From the NCBI GenBank assembly GCA_052279835.1, contig CP181291.1, forward strand, positions 6,208,001 through 6,272,000: 64,000 nucleotides of DNA, given 5' to 3'. Positions 43,984-54,015 of this stretch are shown piece after piece (the first letter of the stretch is position 1; the number at the start of each line of letters is the position of its first letter). The notes below the pieces were generated by a model. It worked only from the letters and a program-made list of their open reading frames with translations, was not told where the DNA came from and ran no database searches. The stretch is from Microcoleus sp. (lineage in GTDB: Bacteria > Cyanobacteriota > Cyanobacteriia > Cyanobacteriales > Microcoleaceae). The position numbers were made by a program, and so were the translations under genes.

Positions 43984-46900
43984 ATGAGTTCAAAAAAATC
44001 CACCAGCATAGATTCCCAATTAGTTCCCCACAATTATCGTTCTAAATCTATTATTTTCATAGAATCCGATTTAGAAGACTATCAAACTCTGGACAACGGT
44101 ATCCTGGCTGGTGCAGATAAAATTATATTAGATAAAAATCGCAATGGAGTCGAACAAATTAGTGCCGAATTGCAAAAAATCGCTGCTGCTGGTGAAACTG
44201 TAGACCAAGTTCACATCTTTTCTCATGGCAATTCGGGCAGCTTGCAGTTAGGTTCTACCACTTTGAACTCCGATAATTTATCAGAATATCAAAGTCAGTT
44301 GCAAGAGTGGCGCAATGCCCTGAGCGACCAAGCTGATATCATGCTTTACGGTTGCGATGTTGCTGCTGGTGCGGGGAGTGATTTTGTCGATCGCCTTTCG
44401 GAGTTAACCGGTGCTGATATTGCAGCATCTACCGATAAAACAGGCCGCGGTGGTAACTGGAATTTGGAATTTAGCACAGGGGATATTGAAGCGCCCCTAG
44501 CCCTAAATCCAGAGGTAATGGCAGATTATCAAGGAACTTTAGCAACTATTACCGTTACCAACACTAATGATAGCGGGCCTGGCTCCTTAAGAAGTGCGAT
44601 CGCCTCCGCAGCCGCCGGCGACACCATTCAATTTGCATCCAGTCTAGCCAATCAAACAATTACTCTCACGAACGGTCAACTTGTCATCAACAAAAACTTG
44701 ACAATTGACGCAATTGGTGCTAGTAATTTAACCATTAGTGGTAACAATGCTTCGCGGGTAATCTTCACAGAAGGTTCGACCAATGTTACTCTCAAAAACC
44801 TGATTGTTGCCAACGGCAAAGTTCCAGGAACCGATCCAAATGATGAAACAACTAGCAGTGGTGGTGGCATTCAAACTGGCGGTAACAGCACTTTAACTTT
44901 AGAAAATTGCCAAGTCAATAATAACGTTGCCGGTTTCGGTGGCGGTATTTATACAGGTTTCCGCAGTACAACTACAGTCCTTAATAGTAAGTTTAATGGC
45001 AATGATGGTTCTTTAGCCGACAACACTGAACGCGGCGGCGGGGCGATCGCCACTAAAAGCGGCGGTTCCCTCACCATCAAAGGTAGCGAATTTACCAACA
45101 ACAAAGGTAGCTACGGTGGGGCTGTCAATAACCTGTTGGGCAGCTTGACCATCGAAAACTCTAAATTCAGCGGCAACCGCACAGACAAAGGTGTTGGTGG
45201 CGCAGTTTATGTCGATGGCGCTAATGGTTCTGGCCCCAATGCAAGCCCCGGCCCCGTTGCTGGCACTATTGCGATTCGTAACAGCGTTTTTGATGGCAAT
45301 ATCGGGACTGGAGAAGGAGGTGCAGCCTTTCTATTTGGCTATTTACAAGATAAAGTAGTTTTGGAAAATAGCACTTTTATTAACAACAAAGCAGTCAAAT
45401 ATTCATCAGGTTCTGGCGGGTCTGGAGGCGGTGTTCGTCATGGAAATGCCGAGTTGACTGTTACCAACTGCACCTTTGCTAACAACACAGCCGATGATAA
45501 TGGTGGCGGCTTGTGGTTTGGCGAAGATGGAAATGTCAGTATTGTTAATAGTACCTTCTCCGGGAACACTTCTGCCAAGCAGGGCGGAGGAATAGTTGTC
45601 GCTAACAGAGATTCTTTTGCAACGAATATCGTCAATTCCACTTTTGCTAAAAATAGCGCTGGGGAATATTCGGGAGGTATTGCCACCTTTGGAAATCAAC
45701 CAATTACTGTCAAGAATACAATTTTTGATGGTAATACGGCGGGTAATCCTTTTAAGGTTAAGCAGCAAACTGGAAGGGAACTAATTGATGGGGGAAATAA
45801 TCTGCAATTTCCTGCCAAACTGACTACGGGAGATCCTAATGATAATAATGCCACTGCCAAGGTGACGATCGCCGATCCGAAACTTGGTCCTTTACAAAAT
45901 ATCAACGGCGCTTTTGTACTGCCATTGCTAGCAGGAAGTCCCGCCATTGATACTGGTACTGGTGCGGGGGCACCGGCTACGGATCAGCGGGGTGTGACTC
46001 GCCCTGTGGATGGTGATGGTAACGGAAGTGCGATCGTTGATATTGGTGCTTTTGAATTTAGTCTTACTCCCACACCGACTCCCACTCCCACACCCACACC
46101 GACTCCCACACCCACACCAACTCCCACTCCCACTCCCACTCCCACGCCAACTCCTACTCCCACTCCCACTCCCACACCAACTCCTACTCCCACACCGACT
46201 CCTACTCCCACACCCACACCCACACCGACTCCTACTCCCACACCCACACCGACTCCCACCCCCATTCCTGGTACTGATGATTGCTTGTGCGATCGCGTCA
46301 GCGCCCCAGAATTCAACTCTGCCAGCATTATTCCTAACCCCGTTCAACAAACTCAGGGCGGCGGTAGCACGGCGGATTTCATTATGGGTGCATCCATCAA
46401 CGACTTGATTAATGGGCTGTCTGGGAATGACACCCTCTACGGTATGGGCGGCAATGACAACATTGATGGTGGTGCCGATAACGATTCAATTTTTGGCAAT
46501 GATGGTGCCGATTTGATTCAAGGTGGGGATGGCAACGATACTATCTATGCAGGGAAGGATAATGATACTGTTGTGGGTGGGGATGGCAACGATTTTTTGA
46601 GGGGAGATTTTGGTAAAGATACGATGGCTGGTAGTATCGGCAATGATACTATTTTTGGTGGCAAAGATGACGATATCTTGTTCGGTGAAAATGGCGATGA
46701 CTATATTTTAGGGAACTTAGGAAATGACACAATTAATGCTGGAAATGACAATGATATTGTGTTTGGCAATGAAGGTGCAGACCTGATTTTTGGTCAAGCT
46801 GGCAATGATACGCTTTACGGTGGCAAAGAAAACGACAGTCTTTGTGGTGGCGATGGTAATGATTTAATTTTTGGTGGTAATGATAGCGATATTGTAGATG

Positions 46901-47247
46901 GTTGTGCCGGCAATGATACGCTTTATGGTGGCAAAGGTAACGATATTCTCAGTGGCGGTAGTGGTGCGGATTTCCTGAGTGGTGATGCTGGGGACGATAC
47001 TTTGACTGGTGGTTCGGGAAATGATGTGTTTGTGTTAAGTCCGAATGGGGGAAGCGAGTTGATTACTGATTTCCGCAAGGGTGAGGATTTAATTGGATTG
47101 AATCCTGGTTTGAGTTTGAGTCAACTCAGCATTATTTCTAGCAATAATCAAGTGTTGATTAGTGTGAGTGCCACTGGTCAATTGCTGGCAAATTTGAATG
47201 GTGTACCCGCTAAAACTATTACCGCTAGTGATTTCATTAGTCTGTAG
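43984..47247 (+). CDS. Second DUF4347 + beta-helix + Pro/Thr linker + RTX protein (tandem paralog)
   Basis: Same architecture and motifs as 40302..43700. Confidence 0.92.
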   Translation: MSSKKSTSIDSQLVPHNYRSKSIIFIESDLEDYQTLDNGILAGADKIILDKNRNGVEQISAELQKIAAAGETVDQVHIFSHGNSGSLQLGSTTLNSDNLSEYQSQLQEWRNALSDQADIMLYGCDVAAGAGSDFVDRLSELTGADIAASTDKTGRGGNWNLEFSTGDIEAPLALNPEVMADYQGTLATITVTNTNDSGPGSLRSAIASAAAGDTIQFASSLANQTITLTNGQLVINKNLTIDAIGASNLTISGNNASRVIFTEGSTNVTLKNLIVANGKVPGTDPNDETTSSGGGIQTGGNSTLTLENCQVNNNVAGFGGGIYTGFRSTTTVLNSKFNGNDGSLADNTERGGGAIATKSGGSLTIKGSEFTNNKGSYGGAVNNLLGSLTIENSKFSGNRTDKGVGGAVYVDGANGSGPNASPGPVAGTIAIRNSVFDGNIGTGEGGAAFLFGYLQDKVVLENSTFINNKAVKYSSGSGGSGGGVRHGNAELTVTNCTFANNTADDNGGGLWFGEDGNVSIVNSTFSGNTSAKQGGGIVVANRDSFATNIVNSTFAKNSAGEYSGGIATFGNQPITVKNTIFDGNTAGNPFKVKQQTGRELIDGGNNLQFPAKLTTGDPNDNNATAKVTIADPKLGPLQNINGAFVLPLLAGSPAIDTGTGAGAPATDQRGVTRPVDGDGNGSAIVDIGAFEFSLTPTPTPTPTPTPTPTPTPTPTPTPTPTPTPTPTPTPTPTPTPTPTPTPTPTPTPTPTPTPTPTPTPIPGTDDCLCDRVSAPEFNSASIIPNPVQQTQGGGSTADFIMGASINDLINGLSGNDTLYGMGGNDNIDGGADNDSIFGNDGADLIQGGDGNDTIYAGKDNDTVVGGDGNDFLRGDFGKDTMAGSIGNDTIFGGKDDDILFGENGDDYILGNLGNDTINAGNDNDIVFGNEGADLIFGQAGNDTLYGGKENDSLCGGDGNDLIFGGNDSDIVDGCAGNDTLYGGKGNDILSGGSGADFLSGDAGDDTLTGGSGNDVFVLSPNGGSELITDFRKGEDLIGLNPGLSLSQLSIISSNNQVLISVSATGQLLANLNGVPAKTITASDFISL
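46066..46263 (+). repeat. Coding (Thr-Pro)n linker
   Basis: actccc/acaccc hexamer array. Confidence 0.9.
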
Positions 47248-47309
47248 TGATTATAGTTGCCAAACAAACTATATCGAGATCTGATCGGAGGTACGATCGA
47301 GAATTGGTA

Positions 47310-47441
47310 ATATCAAATCCGTTGACATCGGAATGATTAATCTCTCTCTTCTCTTCCTCTTTCCCCCCTTGGGGGGGGCAGGGGGGGGTCGTCCTTCGCG
47401 CCTTCGCGGTTAAATCATTCCGATACAACCGGAATTGATAT
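47310..47441. mobile_element. MITE-like element
   Basis: Imperfect termini atatcaaatccgttg / caaccggaattgatat. Confidence 0.55.
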
Positions 47442-47595
47442 AATAGGCAATAGGTAATAGGTAATTGGTAGTTGGTAATTAGTAATGCCCTATACTTCGA
47501 CTTTGCGAACTCACAAGTACCCCATACTTCGACCCGCTCGCGTAGTCGAAGGGCAGCACAAGTACCCCATTACCAATTACCAATTACCAATTACC
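47441..47595. repeat. Inverted STRR blocks enclosing REP-like hairpins
   Basis: (ggtaat[at])n ... cttcgac..gtcgaag ... (attacca)n. Confidence 0.65.
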
Positions 47596-47924
47596 ACAGG
47601 ACTTACGCAGACACACTATATGTATGTAGTGTGCAGACAACTACGTTAGCGAAGCACTCGTTGCAGGATCGCACCCACTTGACGATTAGGACGATCGACA
47701 GATCCAGGGCGATCGACAGATCCAGGGCGATCGAGTTATTTCCTTGGACTTGACTGACGATTTTAGATAAAAAAATTGCCCAGTTAACCGCGACAGAGTA
47801 TCCCGAAGCTCATCACTTCGGGCATATAAAAAACTTTTGCTTTGCACTGGCTGGAATTACTGTTGCCTAAGCCCTGAGATATTAGTTGACTCGCGTTGAT
47901 GGGATGTAACGGAGTCACTGCTAT

Positions 47925-48098
47925 TTAAGTTCCCATAATGGCAAATGCAGCATCCGTAATAGAACTAGCTGGCACATCAGACAGAATGGTCAGTAATTCT
48001 TGATTAGCAGCGATGCGGACGAAGGTATCTCGTGCAGAGATGCCAGTACCTTGAGCGATTGCTAACTGTTCAAATCTCAAATCACCGGATAATTCCAT
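47925..48098 (-). pseudogene. Orphan C-terminal fragment of an RTX-type secreted protein
   Basis: LSGDLRFEQLAIAQGTG...ELLTILSDVPASSITDAAF resembles the C-termini of the two RTX proteins upstream. Confidence 0.6.
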
Positions 48099-48185
48099 TG
48101 CAAAGGAGTTAGCCACCCGGACTAAAGAGACGATCGCTTTGATAATTTCTGTCTCAATCAATTTTTCCTATCTAGGAAGATTTTC

Positions 48186-49469
48186 TTACCGATCGGAATT
48201 TGAAGGGCTAGTGTTGTTAAGAGATTTAATTACCTGGAAAAGATTTAAAACTGTCTTTTTAGTAGACTCAAAATCTTTTCTAGAAATCCCACTTCCGCCC
48301 ACAGCAAATTTTTCCACGATTTTATCAAGGCAGGTGCGTATATCGATCGCAAATTCACCTCTAGTTTGGCTATCAAGAGGACGAAAACTGCCATCCTCAT
48401 ACGCCCGCATACAACCGTATTTATCTACCATAGATAAAATGGCGCTGAAGGATGGGTCATCACGAGAAACATCAAAAAATCTTAGATATTCCGCTGCGGT
48501 AAATTTATCAGCATTCAGATTTCCAACCATGCGGGAAAACTCTAATGGATTAGCAGGAGGACGCTTGAAGGCACTTGTCAATCTATAACGTTCTATCTTT
48601 TCTTGTTCTTTGATAAAGTCGTCAATTTTAATCCCTAGGCTAGTGTCAATACAGGCTTGTCGAGAATTTTTTCCGGCACCGTGAATGCCAATAACTTCTC
48701 CTTTGGAATTAAAGACAGGTCCACCACTCATCCCCTCAGCCGTCTCAGCAGAATAACATAAACTATAGTTGCCATTGGGATCGGACGGATTAAGAATTTG
48801 TTTTAGTTCACCATTTTTTTGCACTCGTTTTCTGTCCTCAGAAGTAGGGTCTTTTGGTAATGGCCAGCCAGATACATAGATGGGAGCGCCTGGTTTACTC
48901 GTGCTAGAATCACCTATGACTGCAACTGGATACTCCTTAGAACTCTCAAACTGAAGCACAGCTAAGTCGTAGCCATTAAAAACTCGTCTATTGCTGTCAA
49001 AATTTGCAAACCGATAAATTATGCCCTCAGTTGTATCGGATTGCCCTGGATATTGAGGTTTTCTGTTGTTTACTAAATGAACTTCACCGTCGTGAGTGCG
49101 AATACCGTACTTGCCACGGGTGGGAACTACGTGAGTGTTAGTCAACACGTAATAAGTTGAATTCCGTCGTGCAATAATTACCCCAGAACCTGGAGCCGCA
49201 ATAAATACTCTCCCTTCTACATCTTTGCTCTCCTCTATGTTTTGACCGATAAAAACTGTTGTAGCCTTAGCAATAAAGTTAACAGCATCAAACTCTTGCT
49301 GATTTGTTGCTTGAGCTACTAATGTAGAAGTAAAAACTTGTTCTAGACTATTGTTTGCGGGGGTTTGGCTGGCATTTGACCTAGAAGCACTAGCCGTAAT
49401 TACTAAAACTAAGCTAGTAATTATACAAATGAATGCCAGTCCCCAATTTCTCCATCGATTTTGTAACAT
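48186..49469 (-). CDS. Secreted trypsin-like serine protease fused to porin-type SLH/coiled-coil domain
   Basis: Triad LTNTHV / YDLAVL / GMSGGP; C-terminal DVSRDDPSF.AI..MVDKYGCMRAYEDGSFRP....TRGEFA. Confidence 0.9.
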   Translation of the reverse strand: MLQNRWRNWGLAFICIITSLVLVITASASRSNASQTPANNSLEQVFTSTLVAQATNQQEFDAVNFIAKATTVFIGQNIEESKDVEGRVFIAAPGSGVIIARRNSTYYVLTNTHVVPTRGKYGIRTHDGEVHLVNNRKPQYPGQSDTTEGIIYRFANFDSNRRVFNGYDLAVLQFESSKEYPVAVIGDSSTSKPGAPIYVSGWPLPKDPTSEDRKRVQKNGELKQILNPSDPNGNYSLCYSAETAEGMSGGPVFNSKGEVIGIHGAGKNSRQACIDTSLGIKIDDFIKEQEKIERYRLTSAFKRPPANPLEFSRMVGNLNADKFTAAEYLRFFDVSRDDPSFSAILSMVDKYGCMRAYEDGSFRPLDSQTRGEFAIDIRTCLDKIVEKFAVGGSGISRKDFESTKKTVLNLFQVIKSLNNTSPSNSDR

Positions 49470-49547
49470 AATTTTTCCTTCAAAAATACTTGTGCCAATG
49501 GATGTAACAAAAAAAATCTAATTTTTAGAGCCGATATCGGATTGTTG

Positions 49548-49985
49548 CTATATCCTCGGTTTGCTAGAAGGTTTAACAGGTTGAATTAAATTAACTTCGT
49601 CTTGCAAATTATCAATTACCCTTTTAAGCATTACAACTTCTTGTTTCGTTACGCCCCCACCAGCAGTTGGAGGGGGAATCAAATTCATACCCGTAATTCT
49701 GTCCATACAAGCATTTAAGTTACCAGCAGTTTCATATCGAGTTAAATTTTTGTTGCCCCGAAAAGTATCATCTGGATAACCTGCAAAGCAACCGTAGCGC
49801 TCTACAAGAACCTGTAACGCTTGGTAGTAGTAGGTTGTAGGATTGACATCTATAATTTGTTCTATAGATGTTATTTGAGCCAGAGTTTTTACAGGAGTAA
49901 TAGCGATAGCTCCTATTGCTATCACCAAAGCGATGATGCCTGCAAATAAACCGATTTTGACTGTTTGCCCTTTATTTTTGCTCAT
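49548..49985 (-). CDS. Secreted stand-alone SLH + coiled-coil protein (porin N-terminal module, no beta-barrel)
   Basis: Signal peptide; DVNPTTYYYQALQVLVERYGCFAGYPDDTFRGNKNLTRYE. Confidence 0.88.
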   Translation of the reverse strand: MSKNKGQTVKIGLFAGIIALVIAIGAIAITPVKTLAQITSIEQIIDVNPTTYYYQALQVLVERYGCFAGYPDDTFRGNKNLTRYETAGNLNACMDRITGMNLIPPPTAGGGVTKQEVVMLKRVIDNLQDEVNLIQPVKPSSKPRI

Positions 49986-50063
49986 TACATTTCCTCGTTA
50001 TTATTTGAAATAAATCACTAGATTAGGGAAATCATAACTTCCGTAATCTACCCTCTACAAATT

Positions 50064-50531
50064 CTATATTCTAGGTCTAGAAGAAGGATGTGACTGTTGA
50101 AGTTCTTGAACAGATTGTTGCAAAGATTCCAAAGATTGTTGCAAATCAGCTAAATCTTCTTGAGTAGCCAAATTACCAGTTGCTTGTGGTCTTAGTGATT
50201 CCATAGCATTAACCATGCTTTGGAACCACTGAGCCAGTTCACCTCTTGTTATGTCTCGTTTGCCACGAAAGCTTCTATCGGGATACGCCAAGGCAGTCAT
50301 TTGGTATCTCTCTACCAAAGACTGTATTGACTGAAATACCCAATCAGTAGGTGACACGTCTCTCAACTCGCTAACCGAACGCACTTGAATCTGCTTGCTG
50401 CTGACTTGTTCTGTATTACTTTCTGCTGCGGTGGCAGGTGTTCTAAAAGTAGTAGCAGTAATTACCAGTATTAAGCTAGTGATTACAGCTATTAATCCTA
50501 ATGCTAACGCTTTCAATCTATTCTTAAACAT
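50064..50531 (-). CDS. Secreted stand-alone SLH + coiled-coil protein (start 50531 with GGAGGA RBS)
   Basis: SVSELRDVSPTDWVFQSIQSLVERY...YPDRSFRG..DITRGE...ATQEDLADLQQ. Confidence 0.88.
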   Translation of the reverse strand: MFKNRLKALALGLIAVITSLILVITATTFRTPATAAESNTEQVSSKQIQVRSVSELRDVSPTDWVFQSIQSLVERYQMTALAYPDRSFRGKRDITRGELAQWFQSMVNAMESLRPQATGNLATQEDLADLQQSLESLQQSVQELQQSHPSSRPRI

Positions 50532-50578
50532 TTGTCCTCCTTGGAGTATCTTTTTAGTAAATGTTATAAAACTTTGGG

Positions 50579-51484
50579 TCACTTAGTTGGTGTAATCCCT
50601 GGTATTTCAACCTCATAAGTAGGCGGTACTCTTAAGTTATTTCTAATTGGTGAGATTGGTAGTTGACCCATTCTTTGCTGAAAGGAGTAAATTGGAATTG
50701 CCCAACTCAAACCAGACATTTGCTCGTACAGTTCTGGGGATGGCATTGTACCATCCGCCAATCTGAATGCACTAATGCCTTGTATTGTTTGCTTACCACG
50801 ACCGTGAATGCCAATCAATCGCCCCTGTCGATCTAATACAGCACCACCACTCATCCCGCCTTTAGTAACGTTGGTGTAGCCTAGTTTATACCCCCTCTGT
50901 AAAGATCGGTCTAATAACAGCATTGATATGTTCCCAGTTGTTAAATGAAAGGCTTTTGTTCCCCAGTCATAGGTAACTTCTAGCGCATTGGCATCCCGTT
51001 CTTGATAATTAGGAAATCCTGAAATATAAACGGGTTCTCCTATAGAAATATCCTCAAAATGCCCCAAAACGGCAACTCGATAAGGAGTTTGACTTTCAAA
51101 CCGGACTAAAGCTAAATCAATTCCTTGCAGTGCTGGTATTCGCTGGCGGAAGGCTAAATGAGTTTGACCGTCAGGCGTTAAAACTCTATAGCTTCCATTT
51201 CCACTGGCATTAGCCACATGAGCGCAAGTTAAAACCGTGTAAGTTTGTCCCTGACGGTCCATAATCACCCCTGAGCCGGCTCCGGGGTTGGTGAAAATTC
51301 TCACTGTTACCTGTCTGGCAACAGAGGCAACAGAAGGCTCTACTTGTGGAGAATTTTGAGATACATTATCAGCGCGATCTTTTGATAAAGGTGTGCTGGC
51401 AAAAGCTAGCAAATTGGTCAATATAATGACCCCACAAACCGCGCTCCCGATAGCAAGCACTTGAGTAGGAGGTTGAGGCTTCAC
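50579..51484 (-). CDS. Secreted trypsin-like serine protease
   Basis: GSGVI, LTCAHV, IDLALV, GMSGGAVLD..G.LIGIHG. Confidence 0.92.
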   Translation of the reverse strand: MKPQPPTQVLAIGSAVCGVIILTNLLAFASTPLSKDRADNVSQNSPQVEPSVASVARQVTVRIFTNPGAGSGVIMDRQGQTYTVLTCAHVANASGNGSYRVLTPDGQTHLAFRQRIPALQGIDLALVRFESQTPYRVAVLGHFEDISIGEPVYISGFPNYQERDANALEVTYDWGTKAFHLTTGNISMLLLDRSLQRGYKLGYTNVTKGGMSGGAVLDRQGRLIGIHGRGKQTIQGISAFRLADGTMPSPELYEQMSGLSWAIPIYSFQQRMGQLPISPIRNNLRVPPTYEVEIPGITPTK

Positions 51485-51586
51485 GGTGAACGTTAACTCA
51501 GAGTCTATTTGGTGTGCGAGAATTGGTAAACCAAAGAATTCAGATAGCTTTTCCCTGGTTTACCAAAAAGAAAGTGAAAAACCCCG

Positions 51587-52177
51587 CTAAAGAATTCCAC
51601 GACCGCCGCCGGAAGGGCGTTTGTTGGAAGGGCGGTTCCTGGCGGCAGCTAGCTCTTGCTCAACGAACCGTCCAAACCTTACGACCGTCCGTGCTGTAGT
51701 CTCTGACCCTGGAACTCCAGCTTCAAAAGGATTGGCGCGACGGTTGACGAGGTTAGCGAGGAACTTACCTGGATCTCTCCCTGGTGACATGGTGACTAAT
51801 ACGTTACTGTCATCGCAACCAGATTGCTCGTCGTTTACCCAACAAACTACACCCAAACGATTAACCGAGCCAGTAGTTAGCAGCACATCAGAAAAACTAC
51901 CGCCTACATTAGCTACTACAGTATTCAAGCGCCCAGTGACTTCATTACAGCGACTTTGGGGCGTAAAACCGCTGCCTGCCATTGCCTGACTGTTCCACGT
52001 AATCAGAGGCTCTGTTTTTGCACCCTCCTGGGTGACGGCAATAGTGGCATAACCACTACCTGCCTTAATACACTCGAAGGTTGTATCGGCAAAGGCTGGC
52101 TTACTGCTCAAGGCGATCGCACCAGAAAGCGTAATACCAGCAATAAATAAGTTTCGCAGAAAAGCTTTGTTAGACAT
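51587..52177 (-). CDS. COP23 domain secreted protein
   Basis: Signal PAFA; FEC...ATI...LITW....GSGFTPQSRCNEVT.R...LTTG.VN...VVC...C. Confidence 0.88.
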   Translation of the reverse strand: MSNKAFLRNLFIAGITLSGAIALSSKPAFADTTFECIKAGSGYATIAVTQEGAKTEPLITWNSQAMAGSGFTPQSRCNEVTGRLNTVVANVGGSFSDVLLTTGSVNRLGVVCWVNDEQSGCDDSNVLVTMSPGRDPGKFLANLVNRRANPFEAGVPGSETTARTVVRFGRFVEQELAAARNRPSNKRPSGGGRGIL

Positions 52178-52269
52178 GATTTCTTACTCCTATCGATAGT
52201 TGTGTAATTTAACGATTAGTGGTGAAATGCACTCTTACTTCGATTAAATATCCCCTAAGAAAGGTTTTT

Positions 52270-52965
52270 TTAGCGTGCGTTTTGGCAAGCCTGAACGGCA
52301 GCTGCCTCGCTAATCTCAGTTCTGACTCTGACGGTTTTACAGTTCACATCATTCCCAACACAAATCCAGCCTGAAAATGGTTTCTGTACCTCTGTTCGAT
52401 ACAGCAAATTCTCCATACACTGCTGAATCGCCTGTGGCGACCCTCCAACCGGATTAGTCCAGGTTGTACCTCCGCCTCCGGGAATGATGATCAGCGGTGT
52501 GTTCAGATTTGGATTACTGACAGGAGCCACTGGATTGCCACCCACCGCATTACGGCACTGGTTGACCGCTTCTTCTTCACTCAATACCGAAACCTTGATC
52601 GAACTCGCCCAGCAGACATTTTTGGGATTAAATAATTTTCGATAATCAGTCCAGCATTGAGTTCCGCTGGTACTTTCTGCAGAGAACGCATTGATCGGGT
52701 AAGTGTATTCTGTCTTACCATCCGTTCGCTGTCGAGGTGCACCTTCGTAAGTCTGAAATCGCTTATTCTGTACACATCTTTCGATCGCCAAACCACCACT
52801 GGAACACAGGTCAGCAGCTTTATCAGGCGAAACGCCTTGGCGGACAAACTCATTAAGACATTCTCGAATCGAACTCTGTGCGATCGCGCCTTGGGTCATT
52901 AGCAATGGTGATAGCATCGTGGCGATCGCGCCTGCCATCGTCAATGCTTGATGATTTATAATCAT
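52270..52965 (-). CDS. Secreted Cys-rich hypothetical protein (start probably 52965)
   Basis: Signal ending AIAQ; three I..C...S...A...C units; C-terminus shared with upstream gene. Confidence 0.8.
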   Translation of the reverse strand: MIINHQALTMAGAIATMLSPLLMTQGAIAQSSIRECLNEFVRQGVSPDKAADLCSSGGLAIERCVQNKRFQTYEGAPRQRTDGKTEYTYPINAFSAESTSGTQCWTDYRKLFNPKNVCWASSIKVSVLSEEEAVNQCRNAVGGNPVAPVSNPNLNTPLIIIPGGGGTTWTNPVGGSPQAIQQCMENLLYRTEVQKPFSGWICVGNDVNCKTVRVRTEISEAAAVQACQNAR

Positions 52966-52991
52966 GGCTCTACAAATAATGGAAAGTTGTC

Positions 52992-53510
52992 TTAGCGTGC
53001 GTTTTGGCAAGCCTGAACGGCAGCAGCTTCACTGGTTTGAGTTCTCACAGTTTGCAGTTGCCAACCGCCCCAACCATCTTCTCGACTCAATTGGCTGCAA
53101 TAACTGCGAGTGCAAACTAGCTGTTGTTCGTACATCAGGTTTTTCATGCAGTTACTGATCCCCTGCGGAGAACCACCAATTTGCCGTCGCGGTTGGTAAA
53201 TTACGGGAGGTTGCTGCGGTTGATAAATGACCGGGGGCTGCGCTGCGGTCCCGCCAGCAGGAGTTGGCGAAGCCGGACAGCCAAAAGGAGTGCAAGGATC
53301 TGCACCCGGATTTGGGCAACCAAAAGGGTTACAAGCACCGGCACCGGGTTGAGAACAGCCGAAGGGATTGCACGTTTGGGCAACTGAAGGCTGTGCGTGT
53401 CCGAGTAAAGGTAGAATGGCGCTCAGAACGCCGATCGTTAGTGCTTTACTAAGGGAAACTGACAAAAACCCACGCTTGGGTGAGCGTCCGAGAGATTGGT
53501 TCATCTTCAT
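52992..53510 (-). CDS. Secreted Cys-rich hypothetical protein with C(N/T)PFGC repeats
   Basis: Signal ending SVAQ; CNPFGC x2, CTPFGC; QPPVIYQP x2; C-terminal SEAAAVQACQNAR. Confidence 0.8.
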   Translation of the reverse strand: MKMNQSLGRSPKRGFLSVSLSKALTIGVLSAILPLLGHAQPSVAQTCNPFGCSQPGAGACNPFGCPNPGADPCTPFGCPASPTPAGGTAAQPPVIYQPQQPPVIYQPRRQIGGSPQGISNCMKNLMYEQQLVCTRSYCSQLSREDGWGGWQLQTVRTQTSEAAAVQACQNAR

Positions 53511-53785
53511 TCCTGCTAGTGTTTGCTGAAATTGTTCGGTAGATGCCTGACCTGCTGAAGGTTTTGAGTAGCCTTTCGTGCCAACAAACTGTTACATCCG
53601 GCTTTTCAACCCGGTTGCAAAAGAATGCCATGCACCGCCTGCATGTAGTTAATTCAGCTAAAATGTCTCAATACGGCGTTTAGTCGTGCTGATATTTCAT
53701 CAACGATAAGTGCTGCTGTATTTGATGCTCGGCTCAATTGCATAACTCAGATGTAACTACTTTACCGCTGTGTAGCAAGTCCGGC

Positions 53786-53826
53786 AGTCCGATAAAAGTC
53801 CGATAAAAGTCCGATAAAAGTCGGAT
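53786..53826. promoter_or_regulatory. 11-bp direct repeats, candidate operator
   Basis: agtccgataaa x3 plus partial agtcggat in the divergent intergenic region; regulatory role is inferred. Confidence 0.5.
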
Positions 53827-54015
53827 CTAGAATCTAAAAATTATCTGTCTCTATTGACTAGCCCATTAGCTCATTCTTCACAAAATCATGAGTATTTATA
53901 CTTAAAACAAAATGTCCGATCGCTCACTTCTGCTAGCTGTGGTTGTCTGTGCGACAGTTGAGGGTGCGGAATCATTACCTGAGATCGAATAGAAATAGTT
54001 ATTTTAGAAGTCTAT

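Noticed and set aside
47686..47735. Short tandem duplication gatcgacagatccagggc x2
   Set aside because: Local slippage at HIP1-like sites; no sign of function
46300..52110. Apparent absence of perfect HIP1 sites as evidence of foreign origin
   Set aside because: A gap of similar size appears around 29.5-34.9 kb in housekeeping genes, so it is not discriminating without a proper count
52270..53510. Diversity-generating retroelement or RiPP explanation for the variable Cys-rich genes
   Set aside because: No reverse transcriptase, no template/variable repeat pair differing at adenines, and no RiPP maturases in the window
53752..53765. Possible NtcA site
   Set aside because: Spacing is GTA-N7-TAC rather than GTA-N8-TAC
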